Positions 52,623-62,235 of a DNA stretch of 64,000 bases are shown piece after piece. The stretch comes from a virus (lineage: Duplodnaviria > Caudoviricetes): IMG/VR virus record IMGVR_UViG_2548876808_000001, positions 174 to 64,173 of that record; one strand, written 5' to 3'. The first letter of the stretch is position 1. Every line of letters begins with the position of its first letter. Both the position numbers and the translations under genes were made by a program. Under the pieces are notes generated by a model. That model made no database searches. It worked only from the letters and a program-made list of their open reading frames with translations, and was not told the DNA's origin.

Positions 52623-54227
52623 ATGAACTTTTTACACACAATGGCCAATATGCTGATTAGCGACCGCGAATTTAAACAAACGCATACATCAGCATCGATA
52701 CACGATGTAAACCGTAACTACGATGCGCTTAATCAATTTGAGCTTGGCACGCCAAATGGTCCCGATAAAAAACCGCGTACACGCCAGCAGATTTACGCAC
52801 TATGGGAGATCATGCAAAAAGACCCACAAGTTGCAGAAGCGTTAAGTTTGCATGTGACCGCAGCGCTTGGCGGGCATGAAACAACAGGAGATATGATCTT
52901 TTTAACGTCTCATGACCGGGTAAGAGGAAAGGGCCGACGTGCAAAAGAATTGCGTGACAGGGTTGAGCGTGAGGCGCGTTATATTGCGCCTATCATTAAT
53001 AGAATCGCTTTTGCTATGGCACGTCAGGCCGTAGGCTACGGGGACAGCTATTCCCGTATCTATACAGATAAGAGAGCTGGTGTGGTAGATATTATGAACA
53101 ATAGGCATACCGCCTCGCCACTCATTATGCCGTTTGAGCAAGCTGGACGCACAATCGGCTTTCATGCGTTAGAAGAAGAAAATTTAGAGCGATCCATTGC
53201 CAAACTTACGCCAATGCAGATACTACGGGTAAAAATGCCGCGTATCGAAAACGTGCCACAAATCCCGCTGCAGGTATGGCAAGACGCAAAAGTGTTGACT
53301 CATGACTTACGTAGCGATAGTCCGCTACTGCCCTCAGAGGTTGGTGGCTCCTTCTTATATCCGATCGAGGATCCATGGAAGGATGTCACAATTAGCCGTG
53401 CTGGTTTAAACAATCAGCAGATCGCAGACAGCGTAAGACAAACTTTTCTGACGTTAAATATGGAAAGCATGCCAGCTGATCAGCAAAAGAAATACACAGC
53501 AGGTTTAACCAAGATGCTAACCAAATACCGCGACCAGATTGAAGAGGCATTCAAGGGTGGGGAAGCGCTTTATGGCACTAAACACCACGTTCTACCACAG
53601 TGGGGTGAAAAGCAGATACTACAATCGGTCGGGGATTTATCACAGCGTAATGCACCACTCAATGAAGGCCTATTGATGCTGAACCTACGCCGGTTAGCGG
53701 GTGGTCTTGGTATTGACTTAGCGCTGATGGGTTGGGCTGACATGTTGGCGGGTGGGTTAGGAGATGGTGCATCCTTTCAAACGTCTGCACAGATTATGCG
53801 TCGTTCAACATTTATCAGACAAGCCAATATCGATGCGTACAATCATGTTATGAGCATTCATTGGGGTATTAAATATGGCGAATATTTCGAACCACAGGAC
53901 TATCCATGGCAGTTTGATTTCTACAGCGATCAGAATGCGGCAGCCACTCAAGCATTGAACAACAAGCAAAGCCGTGCTAATACGACGACAATTCAGATGA
54001 GTGCGGTTCAGATAATTAAAGAGCTTGGCCTTGGGAAAGAAACGTCACAGCTAATTTTAGAGGATGAGATGGGTTACGATATAGGTATAGCTGAACAGAT
54101 TGCTATATCTATCACAAGCCAGCCAGTAATACCTGAAGGCATGGGTATGCCTAATGGAATGGGTGGGCAACCGATGGTAGAAGCTGATGATGAGCTGCCT
54201 GAAATGGAGTTTGATGATGAGGTATAA
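52623..54227 (+). CDS. prt: portal protein, P1 Prt-like
   Basis: 534 aa; VAEALSLHVTAALG and GYGDSYSRIY blocks similar to P1 Prt; acidic tail. Confidence 0.72.
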   Translation: MNFLHTMANMLISDREFKQTHTSASIHDVNRNYDALNQFELGTPNGPDKKPRTRQQIYALWEIMQKDPQVAEALSLHVTAALGGHETTGDMIFLTSHDRVRGKGRRAKELRDRVEREARYIAPIINRIAFAMARQAVGYGDSYSRIYTDKRAGVVDIMNNRHTASPLIMPFEQAGRTIGFHALEEENLERSIAKLTPMQILRVKMPRIENVPQIPLQVWQDAKVLTHDLRSDSPLLPSEVGGSFLYPIEDPWKDVTISRAGLNNQQIADSVRQTFLTLNMESMPADQQKKYTAGLTKMLTKYRDQIEEAFKGGEALYGTKHHVLPQWGEKQILQSVGDLSQRNAPLNEGLLMLNLRRLAGGLGIDLALMGWADMLAGGLGDGASFQTSAQIMRRSTFIRQANIDAYNHVMSIHWGIKYGEYFEPQDYPWQFDFYSDQNAAATQALNNKQSRANTTTIQMSAVQIIKELGLGKETSQLILEDEMGYDIGIAEQIAISITSQPVIPEGMGMPNGMGGQPMVEADDELPEMEFDDEV

Positions 54228-54819
54228 CTTAATGCCAAGTTTTGCTCAGCCTGACTCTAATACTGGCGTCTCTTTCACGTCACCATTGCAATCGCTCAAA
54301 AAGATATACGGTAAGGTCAAAGCGCATGATGTGCTATTACAGTGCATGTATATCGTTAAAATTGAAGATATCTTTAATAACGGTCCAAACATACCTTGGT
54401 TTAAAGATCCGTCATTAGGTTACCTGGTAACTGACGCAAATATCTCTTTTGGTAGTTCAGAAGCGGAAAATTATCATGCTGGCGCGCTACCAGCTGGATA
54501 CTTGACGGTAAAAACGGGTGACGATACAGATATGACGTTTATTGAAACTGGCAATGGCGATATTTTCAAATCTTACAGAGCGTGTCATGAGCTAGCTTTT
54601 AATAAAGATGGGACGGTTAATGAGCCGCGCAAGTATGCATTCAAGTTAACTGTTGCTATGATCAATCATAAGCACCCTGATAAGCCGCCACCAATAACTA
54701 GGTCGTGGCTGGTCGCTGTTAAGAGCGGTAGTGCTGAACCCAATAGCGCTGGTCGAAGCGAGATTGTTAAAGAGCAAATCACATTTCAAAAAGTGCGCCC
54801 ATTAATGTTTGAGAGGTAG
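54217..54819 (+). CDS. tail tube / tube-initiator-like protein
   Basis: MTFIETGNGDI...AFNKDGTVNEPRKY, T4 gp19-like tube fold pattern. Confidence 0.6.
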   Translation: MRYNLMPSFAQPDSNTGVSFTSPLQSLKKIYGKVKAHDVLLQCMYIVKIEDIFNNGPNIPWFKDPSLGYLVTDANISFGSSEAENYHAGALPAGYLTVKTGDDTDMTFIETGNGDIFKSYRACHELAFNKDGTVNEPRKYAFKLTVAMINHKHPDKPPPITRSWLVAVKSGSAEPNSAGRSEIVKEQITFQKVRPLMFER

Positions 54820-54871
54820 TCAGACAGTGATATAGTGAAGTTTTGCTTACTTTATTGCTTCAGGGGTCTTA

Positions 54872-56158
54872 ATGAGTTATGTATGTTCAGATTGTGTCAA
54901 CATAGAGTCTATAAAAAAAGAAGGTGTTTACTCTTCAGAAGAAAAAATATGTTTCTATTGTAATAAAAATAAAGTAGAGGTAATCGATAGAAATGATGTA
55001 ATTGCCTTACTAAGTTCAAGATTTTTAGAGGCTGTCGTTCCATTTTCTGAATGCAGTGAACATGAGCAAGGAATGTATTTTTTTGCTCATGACGAAACAT
55101 TAAATCCTTCAGACATTTTTAATATGATAGATTGGTTAGAGCTTGGATCGGAACAGCTTAGAGATGATTTGTACTGCGAGATTGAAAAATCTTTAGGTAG
55201 TGAGTATGAAGATTTATTTGTTTACGATGATGGTACATTAGATGATGGTAATGAATATGAGGCTAAATGGGATACTTTTATTAGATCAATACATCATAAA
55301 CATAGGTTCTTTAATCATAATGCAAAAACGTTCTTAGACTCATTGTTTGCATTAATACATGAAGATGGAAAAATCATTGATACTGTGATTTATGAGCTAA
55401 ATCCGAACACTCCTATATTTAGGGCAAGAATTGCAAATACAGTAGAAGAAAGAACCGCAATTTATAGTGATCCTGCTAGCCAGCTTGGTGCAGTGCCAAC
55501 TATGCTGGCAGGCGAGCAGCGAATGACACCTACAGGAATTTCAGCATTTTATGCTTCAGATAGTCGAGAAACCTGCTTCAGTGAAGTACGCGCCACTACA
55601 GGAGACATAGTTATGTCTGCTGAGTTTAGAGCTACCGACACACTAAGACTTTTAGATTTAAGTAAATTAAAAGAAGTAAGTCAGATGAGTGTTTGTCCTT
55701 TTGATAAGGACTTTGTAGATAAATCCCATAAGTCTTACTTTATTCAAAGATTGGTATTCTTACTCTCTAAGCCTGCATCTCAAAGGAAAAACTCTGTTTA
55801 TCTTGAAACTCAAGTAATATTTGAATATTTCCGTACATATTTTAGTGAAGGCATATATGGAATTGCATTTAATTCAGTGCAGAATGGTATGGAAGGTATG
55901 AATATTGCTTTATTTCCAGAGTATTCTAAGGTAAGTTCCTTTTCGTACAACAATAAAGAGATTACTGGCTGTAAAGAATATGTAAACAAAGAATTTAATT
56001 TCTATTCTTATAGTGTAGAAACAGGCATTGAAAATAATATTTCAATAAAAAAAGATGAGTACCTAAGATTTATTGACAAATCTATATTGTTGCATCATGT
56101 TACCGCGGTAAAGACCATAACTCAAGATTTTGAAGTAGAGGGTCATGTAGATGAATAA
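54872..56158 (+). CDS. RES-domain protein with Zn-ribbon/HEPN-RES N-terminal domain
   Basis: CSDC...CFYC; IFRAR; QRMTPTGISAFYAS (R), TCFSEVR (E), GIAFNSVQ (S). Confidence 0.85.
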   Translation: MSYVCSDCVNIESIKKEGVYSSEEKICFYCNKNKVEVIDRNDVIALLSSRFLEAVVPFSECSEHEQGMYFFAHDETLNPSDIFNMIDWLELGSEQLRDDLYCEIEKSLGSEYEDLFVYDDGTLDDGNEYEAKWDTFIRSIHHKHRFFNHNAKTFLDSLFALIHEDGKIIDTVIYELNPNTPIFRARIANTVEERTAIYSDPASQLGAVPTMLAGEQRMTPTGISAFYASDSRETCFSEVRATTGDIVMSAEFRATDTLRLLDLSKLKEVSQMSVCPFDKDFVDKSHKSYFIQRLVFLLSKPASQRKNSVYLETQVIFEYFRTYFSEGIYGIAFNSVQNGMEGMNIALFPEYSKVSSFSYNNKEITGCKEYVNKEFNFYSYSVETGIENNISIKKDEYLRFIDKSILLHHVTAVKTITQDFEVEGHVDE

Positions 56159-56225
56159 GAGATAAGTAGTTATGTTTTGAGATTAATCTAACATAATTCA
56201 TTTTTTTAACTGATTTTAGTTTTTG

Positions 56226-56261
56226 AATAAAAAACCCATTCTAACGAGTGGGTTTTTTATT
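56226..56261. terminator. bidirectional intrinsic terminator
   Basis: AATAAAAAACCCATTC-TAAC-GAGTGGGTTTTTTATT between convergent genes. Confidence 0.85.
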
Positions 56262-56263
56262 GA

Positions 56264-56698
56264 TCAATTACCAACAGGATATCTATACCAAATACGTATA
56301 CCAAAAAGCACCTCTTGATCCTTTTTATGTATTTTTTGGATTCGGCTTTTAAATTCAAATTTTATTAAATTGTGGCTAGGATATTTATCGAAGAATTCGT
56401 TCATGTACTCTGCGCAAGCCATGCGAACTTTCTCATTATGACTGATGAAGCTATCGCTATTTTCTAGTTCAAGGTGAGTTGGGTGCCACTCAGTAAATAT
56501 GATTTTGTGTTTGGTATTTCCTTTAGATGTCGTAAGACCTTGGTTTATTAGTGCAAGAAATGCAGTATTTAAAGAGGATAGCTCGTGTTCAGAAATATAA
56601 TCAAGCACAGCTTTATGTAGAGTGGGTGTGAGTCTTATTTGGCTGCGTTTCCATGTATCTTGTGATTGTAACAATTCTGATTCTAATAAATAAGTCAT
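56264..56698 (-). CDS. Arc-like ribbon-helix-helix repressor
   Basis: QDTWKRSQIRLTPTLHKAVLDYISEHELSSLNTAFLALINQGL. Confidence 0.7.
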   Translation of the reverse strand: MTYLLESELLQSQDTWKRSQIRLTPTLHKAVLDYISEHELSSLNTAFLALINQGLTTSKGNTKHKIIFTEWHPTHLELENSDSFISHNEKVRMACAEYMNEFFDKYPSHNLIKFEFKSRIQKIHKKDQEVLFGIRIWYRYPVGN

Positions 56699-56726
56699 AA
56701 CTAAATCCTACAATTTAAAATATCGG

Positions 56727-56784
56727 TTGACATCAATTATAGTGTCACGTTAATATGTTGTCAATGACATTAAATATAGTGTCA
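56727..56784. promoter_or_regulatory. divergent promoters with two 20-bp palindromic operators
   Basis: TGACA-N10-TGTCA at 56728 and 56765 (18/20 identical); minus-strand TTGACA-N17-TATAAT at 56764-56736; plus-strand TTGACA-N18-TAATAT at 56727-56756. Confidence 0.82.
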
Positions 56785-56868
56785 TTAGAACAGATACAAA
56801 AAAGCCCCATACACTCCCTTCGAAAGTTATGTATGAGGCTACTAACCCAATCGTAAAGAGGAATTAGT

Positions 56869-57702
56869 ATGAATAGTTTAACAGTATATGAAACTGAAAA
56901 CACGGTTTCTGTTTCACAAAACAAGGTTTTTGATGATCAAAACCTTATTATTATTTTCAAGGCGGTTATAGATGGCGTAAGCCAGCTTGTGGTCAACGCT
57001 CGTGATTTGCATAAATTTTTAAAGGTAGGTAGGCGTTTTACTACTTGGATTCAAGGTCGAATTTCAGAGTACAAATTCTCTGAAAATCTTGATTTTATAA
57101 GTTTCTCCCAGAATGGGGAAAAACCTAAAGGTGGTCGTCCAACCATTGAATATCATCTAACCTTAGACACAGCAAAAGAACTTGCTATGGTTGAGAATAA
57201 CGATGAAGGTCGAAAGGTTCGTCGTTACTTCATTGATTGCGAAAAAATGCTACACAAGTCAGACAGTGAACAGCGTACCTCATTGCGTCAAGCTTGTGAA
57301 CGGTTGGCCAGTGGTAATATGTTGATAAGCGATGCTTATAAATATGTAGGTAGTCACTTTGGTTATCCTGACGGGATTGTCGACATACCAGTGTCCTTAC
57401 TCCCTGATGCTATAGTATTTACTTATGAAATGATTTTATCTCGTCAGAAACCAGCAAGAGTAATGGATGACGATATGGTCATGAACAATCGCATGTGGCA
57501 GGACGTTGGGTTTACCAAGACAGAACAGGTGTATTTGATGACTCAAGAATTATCTTCGCTACTTGCACGAGTTAGCTTAAAAGTTCTTGAGATAAAAGAC
57601 AGTCATAGCACCATTTTTGATAGTTTCAATGAGCAAAAATGGAATGGATTCACATCAGAGCAGCTTGCGATAATAGAAGAAAGAGGCAAAAAATTTCTTT
57701 AG
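56869..57702 (+). CDS. AntA/AntB family antirepressor
   Basis: VNARDLHKFLKVGRRFTTWIQGRISEYKFSENLDF...EYHLTLDTAKELAMVE...VRRYFIDCEK. Confidence 0.9.
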   Translation: MNSLTVYETENTVSVSQNKVFDDQNLIIIFKAVIDGVSQLVVNARDLHKFLKVGRRFTTWIQGRISEYKFSENLDFISFSQNGEKPKGGRPTIEYHLTLDTAKELAMVENNDEGRKVRRYFIDCEKMLHKSDSEQRTSLRQACERLASGNMLISDAYKYVGSHFGYPDGIVDIPVSLLPDAIVFTYEMILSRQKPARVMDDDMVMNNRMWQDVGFTKTEQVYLMTQELSSLLARVSLKVLEIKDSHSTIFDSFNEQKWNGFTSEQLAIIEERGKKFL

Positions 57703-57721
57703 ATAAGTTTTTATAGGCATG

Positions 57722-57752
57722 AAAACCCGCTAATTATTTAGCGGGTTTTTTT
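57722..57752 (+). terminator. intrinsic terminator
   Basis: AAAACCCGCTAA-TTAT-TTAGCGGGTTTT-TTT. Confidence 0.85.
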
Positions 57753-57769
57753 ATGCTTTTTCTAATCAT

Positions 57770-57809
57770 GGAACACCCCTAAAGCCGATACCTCAAACCT
57801 TGTCAAAAT
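57770..57809 (+). promoter_or_regulatory. late promoter motif 8 (darA operon)
   Basis: GGAACA-N28-CAAAAT; 57768-57818 is 49/51 identical to 49845-49895. Confidence 0.78.
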
Positions 57810-57845
57810 AAGCCTATCTGATTATTAACATATAGGTACGGCCAC

Positions 57846-60581
57846 ATGACATACAAAAAAATTCATAAAGCTCGCAGTCATCATCCTACGCGTAAGTCTG
57901 ACGGTACTCAAACCACAAGATACTCACCATATGAAATTGGCATGATCTCAGGCTCACATCGTGACGTGATGGCAATTGTTGCAGACAGTGCGGGTTTCGA
58001 TGGCTTAGGTTTTGATGTAAGCGTTGGTAGTAATGATGATAGCTGGCATGTTTTTAGTGTATTCGATAGCGGTCAATATGTTGACAGTTTGGTGATTGGC
58101 GGCGCACTTGATAATGACCATGCGTTAGCGATTGCTCGAGCACAGCTTGACCATCTAGGCGGCACCAGTTGCGTTATGGTGACTGGCAGCGAGACACAAT
58201 TTGATGCTATGTCAAACGGCACACATGATACCTGGTCCATCGACTCCATAAGCAAGCTTATGAACAATGAGTCGCAAGACAAACCTTACCTACCACTTAT
58301 TACAGCTTCAGAGTTAAATCATGAGGCCAAACGCGTATGTTTTGATGGTGTGCAATGGGATCACGACGCAGGGCTAATCAGTCACGGTGGCAAACTATCT
58401 TCCCTGCAGTTGGATTTAACACGTGCTGATAGCCGTCAGGAGCTTACCAGTAAGTTTGATTTGGCAGGCGAGCTTGCCAGCATCGGCGCAACCCCATTGG
58501 ATGAAAATAGCTTTGATGCGCTAATGGAAACAAAGGCCCGCTTAGATTTGCTTAAAAATCGTCTCTTTGATGCTATGAAACGCGCAAGCAGTACAGACGG
58601 CCTAACAGTTGAATATGTCACGCAGACCAAACCGTTTAAACGTCAAGGCGTTGCTAATATCGCTATCGTTTTTGATTTATCTGATGGTCAAACAGTTTCT
58701 ATATGGTTTCATAATCCTGACAGCACGCCAACCAAGCTGTTGCCTAGCGATATCATGATCAGTTGGAAGTGGATGCTGAACAAGCGCGATGTGACTGCTG
58801 TTCTATCACCCAAGCAAGGTGACAACGTAAGGCTGCCGATCTTGGCCAAACGTATTTTGCTGGTTGCCTCCAAAAATTCTAAACGCTTTAAAGCCACTCA
58901 GGAGCGAAAAATCAAAGAAGAGCAAGAATTGCTTGATGCTCAGAACGAATTGAATGATACAGACGCAACCATTGCACAGCTTGATGCTGACATTGCAGAG
59001 TTAAACGCGAAGATTGATGAGGCAATGAAAGCGCCTAAAGTTGACGATGCTACTGCAAATGAGGTTGATGCTAATGAAGTAGAGGTTATAACTGATTCAG
59101 AGGATGCTTTGCCTGAATTTGAATCTGAATCTACTGACCTTGAGCCTATTGTTATCACAGGTCAAGAAATAGAAGTCGGTGATGATGTAGATTTCAAAAC
59201 TGCCAAAAACAATGCCATGGCTTATTTTGATCAAAATCTAAAAGATAAGGTTGTCTTCTGTCCTGCTATCGATAGTGATGTTTTATTGAGACGCCGCGGT
59301 GGTAAGCATATCGCTAAAGCGAATCATACATTTCGTGAAAAGCTGAAGCTGGTGGCCGCTATTCCTGCAATGATCAAACAGGGAAAATATGGACACTACA
59401 CTGCTTTAAACAAAGATAAAGGCTCTAATATCGAAGGGTATTACGTGCTGAATGTTGACGTGATCGTAGGTGATGACTTAAAGGCAGCAAGAGTAGTGCT
59501 TGAGAAGAACAACGAAGGTAAGGTTTTATATGACATAGGCATAAACAAAAAAGAAGCCTTGGTAGCTCTAGGGGATACTGCCACAAACGAAACGTTTGAT
59601 GGGGTCACCGGATCTAGCCAATACCAAGACTTCTGTGATGAATCTTATCAAGCAGACGATAATGAAGTCAATCAGTTTGACAGAATTAATACAGAAACAA
59701 TGGTTTTGAATCTCTTTTTTGATGATGAATTTGAAACAGAGACTACTAATAAGTCAGGCGCTAATAGCAAAGTAACTGAAGGCCGTGCTAATGAGTCAAC
59801 AACCATTAAAGGCACTAAAATTAGTAGTAAGTTTGCACTGGTCGAAGCTAAAAACCTTATCACTTCACATGATGCTTCAGGTGTGGCCAATCCCAAGTTT
59901 CCGCAAGAGCTGCAGCCGCGCGATCGCAGTGATGAAAAATCAGTCGAATCAATAAAAGCCAATTCAAAGAACCTGGTACCTGAGAAATTAGGCGATACCG
60001 ATCGTGCCGGTAATGGCGCGCCTATCATTGGTGACGACCTTATTGTCGAGAGTGGCAATGGTAGAGCTATAGTCATCAAATCTGCATATGACAATGGAGA
60101 CGCTGATAATTATCGTGCCTGGCTTGTCAACAACGCTGGCAAGTTTGGATTCACAGCCGAGCAAGTTGAGACTTATCAGCAACCGGTGCTGGTGCGTATC
60201 CGCAATACCAAAATGGACAGAATCAGTTTTACGATTGAATCCAATTTAGATGCTGATCCAAAATATTTTAACACTGACGCTGATCAGTTACCTCCCGTTG
60301 TAGCAGAAGAAGAACCAGCCACAGAAGCGCCAGTACCCGTCTCTGAAGAAAAGCCGGCAGCCAATGAACTTGGTGATCGTATCAGTGAAATGGAAACAGT
60401 CGTTAATGCTAATGACTTCGACCCTACGACTATTGATAGCGATGAGCTTGCCAACCTACTAGATCAAGCTGAAGGAGACGAGGTTTTAACAGGTCGAATC
60501 ACTGCAGTTATTGATATCTACCAAGACAAGTTAATCGCCGTCAGTTTGCAGGCACTAACCAATCTTAAGGGTGACCAATAA
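57846..60581 (+). CDS. darA: DarA-like polyvalent head protein (DarA_N + LPD3-like + DdrB-type ParB domain)
   Basis: FKRQGVANIAIVFDLSDGQTVSIWFHNPD...WKWMLNKRDVTAVLSP (DarA_N); ITGQEI...YDIGI (LPD3-like); LITSHD...FPQELQPRDRS...GAPIIGDDLIVESGNGR (DdrB-ParB). Confidence 0.75.
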   Translation: MTYKKIHKARSHHPTRKSDGTQTTRYSPYEIGMISGSHRDVMAIVADSAGFDGLGFDVSVGSNDDSWHVFSVFDSGQYVDSLVIGGALDNDHALAIARAQLDHLGGTSCVMVTGSETQFDAMSNGTHDTWSIDSISKLMNNESQDKPYLPLITASELNHEAKRVCFDGVQWDHDAGLISHGGKLSSLQLDLTRADSRQELTSKFDLAGELASIGATPLDENSFDALMETKARLDLLKNRLFDAMKRASSTDGLTVEYVTQTKPFKRQGVANIAIVFDLSDGQTVSIWFHNPDSTPTKLLPSDIMISWKWMLNKRDVTAVLSPKQGDNVRLPILAKRILLVASKNSKRFKATQERKIKEEQELLDAQNELNDTDATIAQLDADIAELNAKIDEAMKAPKVDDATANEVDANEVEVITDSEDALPEFESESTDLEPIVITGQEIEVGDDVDFKTAKNNAMAYFDQNLKDKVVFCPAIDSDVLLRRRGGKHIAKANHTFREKLKLVAAIPAMIKQGKYGHYTALNKDKGSNIEGYYVLNVDVIVGDDLKAARVVLEKNNEGKVLYDIGINKKEALVALGDTATNETFDGVTGSSQYQDFCDESYQADDNEVNQFDRINTETMVLNLFFDDEFETETTNKSGANSKVTEGRANESTTIKGTKISSKFALVEAKNLITSHDASGVANPKFPQELQPRDRSDEKSVESIKANSKNLVPEKLGDTDRAGNGAPIIGDDLIVESGNGRAIVIKSAYDNGDADNYRAWLVNNAGKFGFTAEQVETYQQPVLVRIRNTKMDRISFTIESNLDADPKYFNTDADQLPPVVAEEEPATEAPVPVSEEKPAANELGDRISEMETVVNANDFDPTTIDSDELANLLDQAEGDEVLTGRITAVIDIYQDKLIAVSLQALTNLKGDQ

Positions 60582-61444
60582 TGGCTGATACGCCAGCCAA
60601 CAATAAAACCAAACGGCCCAATGGTAAAACATTGGGTAGCGATTGGGGCACCCATGGCTTAAACAAAAACCTTGTTGTCAAAATCAGTGCGGTTAAGGAA
60701 GGCAACATAGAGGGCGGGCAAGGAAAGCAGACGTATGACGTTGATACGAGCCAACCAGTCGTTGCCTCACTCTTTGAAGAAGCTGACTTTGCTATCGATT
60801 CGCAGTACACCACGCCTTTTGAATCATCAAATCCTGAAGGCCGGATGCCCAATCTTATGGGCATGATTCAGTCTGGGCAAGCAAACGCCGCCTTTTATAG
60901 TTTCTTTGCGGCCAGTAGTGACCCAAAAGGTGTGGCCTCTTTAATTGCTGAAGGAGGCGCTATTGTCTCTGATTTTTTAGGAGTGGGCGACATATTAAGC
61001 GATGCCCAAACCAGCCTGCAAGGGCTGGCTGGCAAGTCTAATTTTACCAAAATCAATAGCCAGCAGATTTTCACATCATCAAGCTCTATCAGAATTACTG
61101 GCAGCCTCATTTTCCAAGCCTGGGCAGATGCTAAAGCTGAGGTTGAAGACGCGTTAGAGCAATTACAGTGCTGGGCGTCAGCTGTCAGTTTGTCATCAGA
61201 ATCATTGTTAGTGGCCGGATTAACCGATGGTTTTTCAGATGCCATGTTCCCGTCCGTAATTCCAACCTTAGTACAACTCCAATATGGCGGTAAGACCTAC
61301 AACCCAATGGTAATTGAGAGCGTATCAGCGCCAATCACAGCACCAATGAATAAAGACGGTAGCCGTATTGCCGTTAGAGCACAAATAGTATTCCTATCCC
61401 GAACAGCATGGGATCAGCAAAACATTAGAGACATGAGGCGCTAA
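60581..61444 (+). CDS. baseplate tube-fold protein (tube cap/initiator-like)
   Basis: SQYTTPFES, KINSQQIF, PTLVQLQYGGKTYNPMVIESVSAPITAP. Confidence 0.55.
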   Translation: MADTPANNKTKRPNGKTLGSDWGTHGLNKNLVVKISAVKEGNIEGGQGKQTYDVDTSQPVVASLFEEADFAIDSQYTTPFESSNPEGRMPNLMGMIQSGQANAAFYSFFAASSDPKGVASLIAEGGAIVSDFLGVGDILSDAQTSLQGLAGKSNFTKINSQQIFTSSSSIRITGSLIFQAWADAKAEVEDALEQLQCWASAVSLSSESLLVAGLTDGFSDAMFPSVIPTLVQLQYGGKTYNPMVIESVSAPITAPMNKDGSRIAVRAQIVFLSRTAWDQQNIRDMRR

Positions 61445-61446
61445 CC

Positions 61447-62235
61447 ATGAAAACAACTTTATCAGTCCAATTGCTTAACTGTGAATTAACGCTACTTGAT
61501 TTGAATATCGGTCAAGCAATCGATATTGCGCAAATCCCGCAGGAATACAACGAGCGTCGCATAAGTGCATTAATTGGCCATATCACTGATGAACCAATGC
61601 TTGCTGCCAGTCTTACCGTGGAAGAGCGCTATTACTTGCTATTAAATCATCAAGCAGTGTCAGACCACGGCTACAAAGACGATAGCGTCAGTCAAGATTA
61701 CTTTATTGACACCTTGCAATCAGATGTACCTGAAAACTATCAAGTTGGTGACATGTACATTCAACATCTACGCGGCGCGCATGCTTGCGTCCTAGAAGGG
61801 TTATGCGAAAACGTCTTTGAATGGCTATGCGGACAAATGGCTTGCCAGCTGTATGGCGACTTAACAAGCATAGTCGGCGGCTCAGATGAAAACTTAATGT
61901 GGGACCAGGTACTTAGCACATCAACTGACAATGAAATAACCAAGATTGTAAACGATCGATATGAAGTGATTAAGAAATTGTCTGCAACTTCGTCTTCAGC
62001 ATTCAATGAACTTGCGAATGCTTATAACAAAGGATCTCTGCAATTGATGCATTTTGTTGAGATGGGATGCGACAACGAAGGCTTGACACTTATCAAGCAA
62101 GGAGGGGCTGGCATTGTAGAGCCAGCACGATTTCTCGCCCTTAGCTATCTATCAGGGACAGCCGCAAGAATTGCAGAATGCGTTACTAAGAGACGCGATG
62201 GTCATGATGGAACACGGCAAAATGAGCCTGCCTGA
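61447..62235 (+). CDS. tail/baseplate assembly protein (chaperone-like)
   Basis: 262 aa in the late operon. Confidence 0.55.
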   Translation: MKTTLSVQLLNCELTLLDLNIGQAIDIAQIPQEYNERRISALIGHITDEPMLAASLTVEERYYLLLNHQAVSDHGYKDDSVSQDYFIDTLQSDVPENYQVGDMYIQHLRGAHACVLEGLCENVFEWLCGQMACQLYGDLTSIVGGSDENLMWDQVLSTSTDNEITKIVNDRYEVIKKLSATSSSAFNELANAYNKGSLQLMHFVEMGCDNEGLTLIKQGGAGIVEPARFLALSYLSGTAARIAECVTKRRDGHDGTRQNEPA

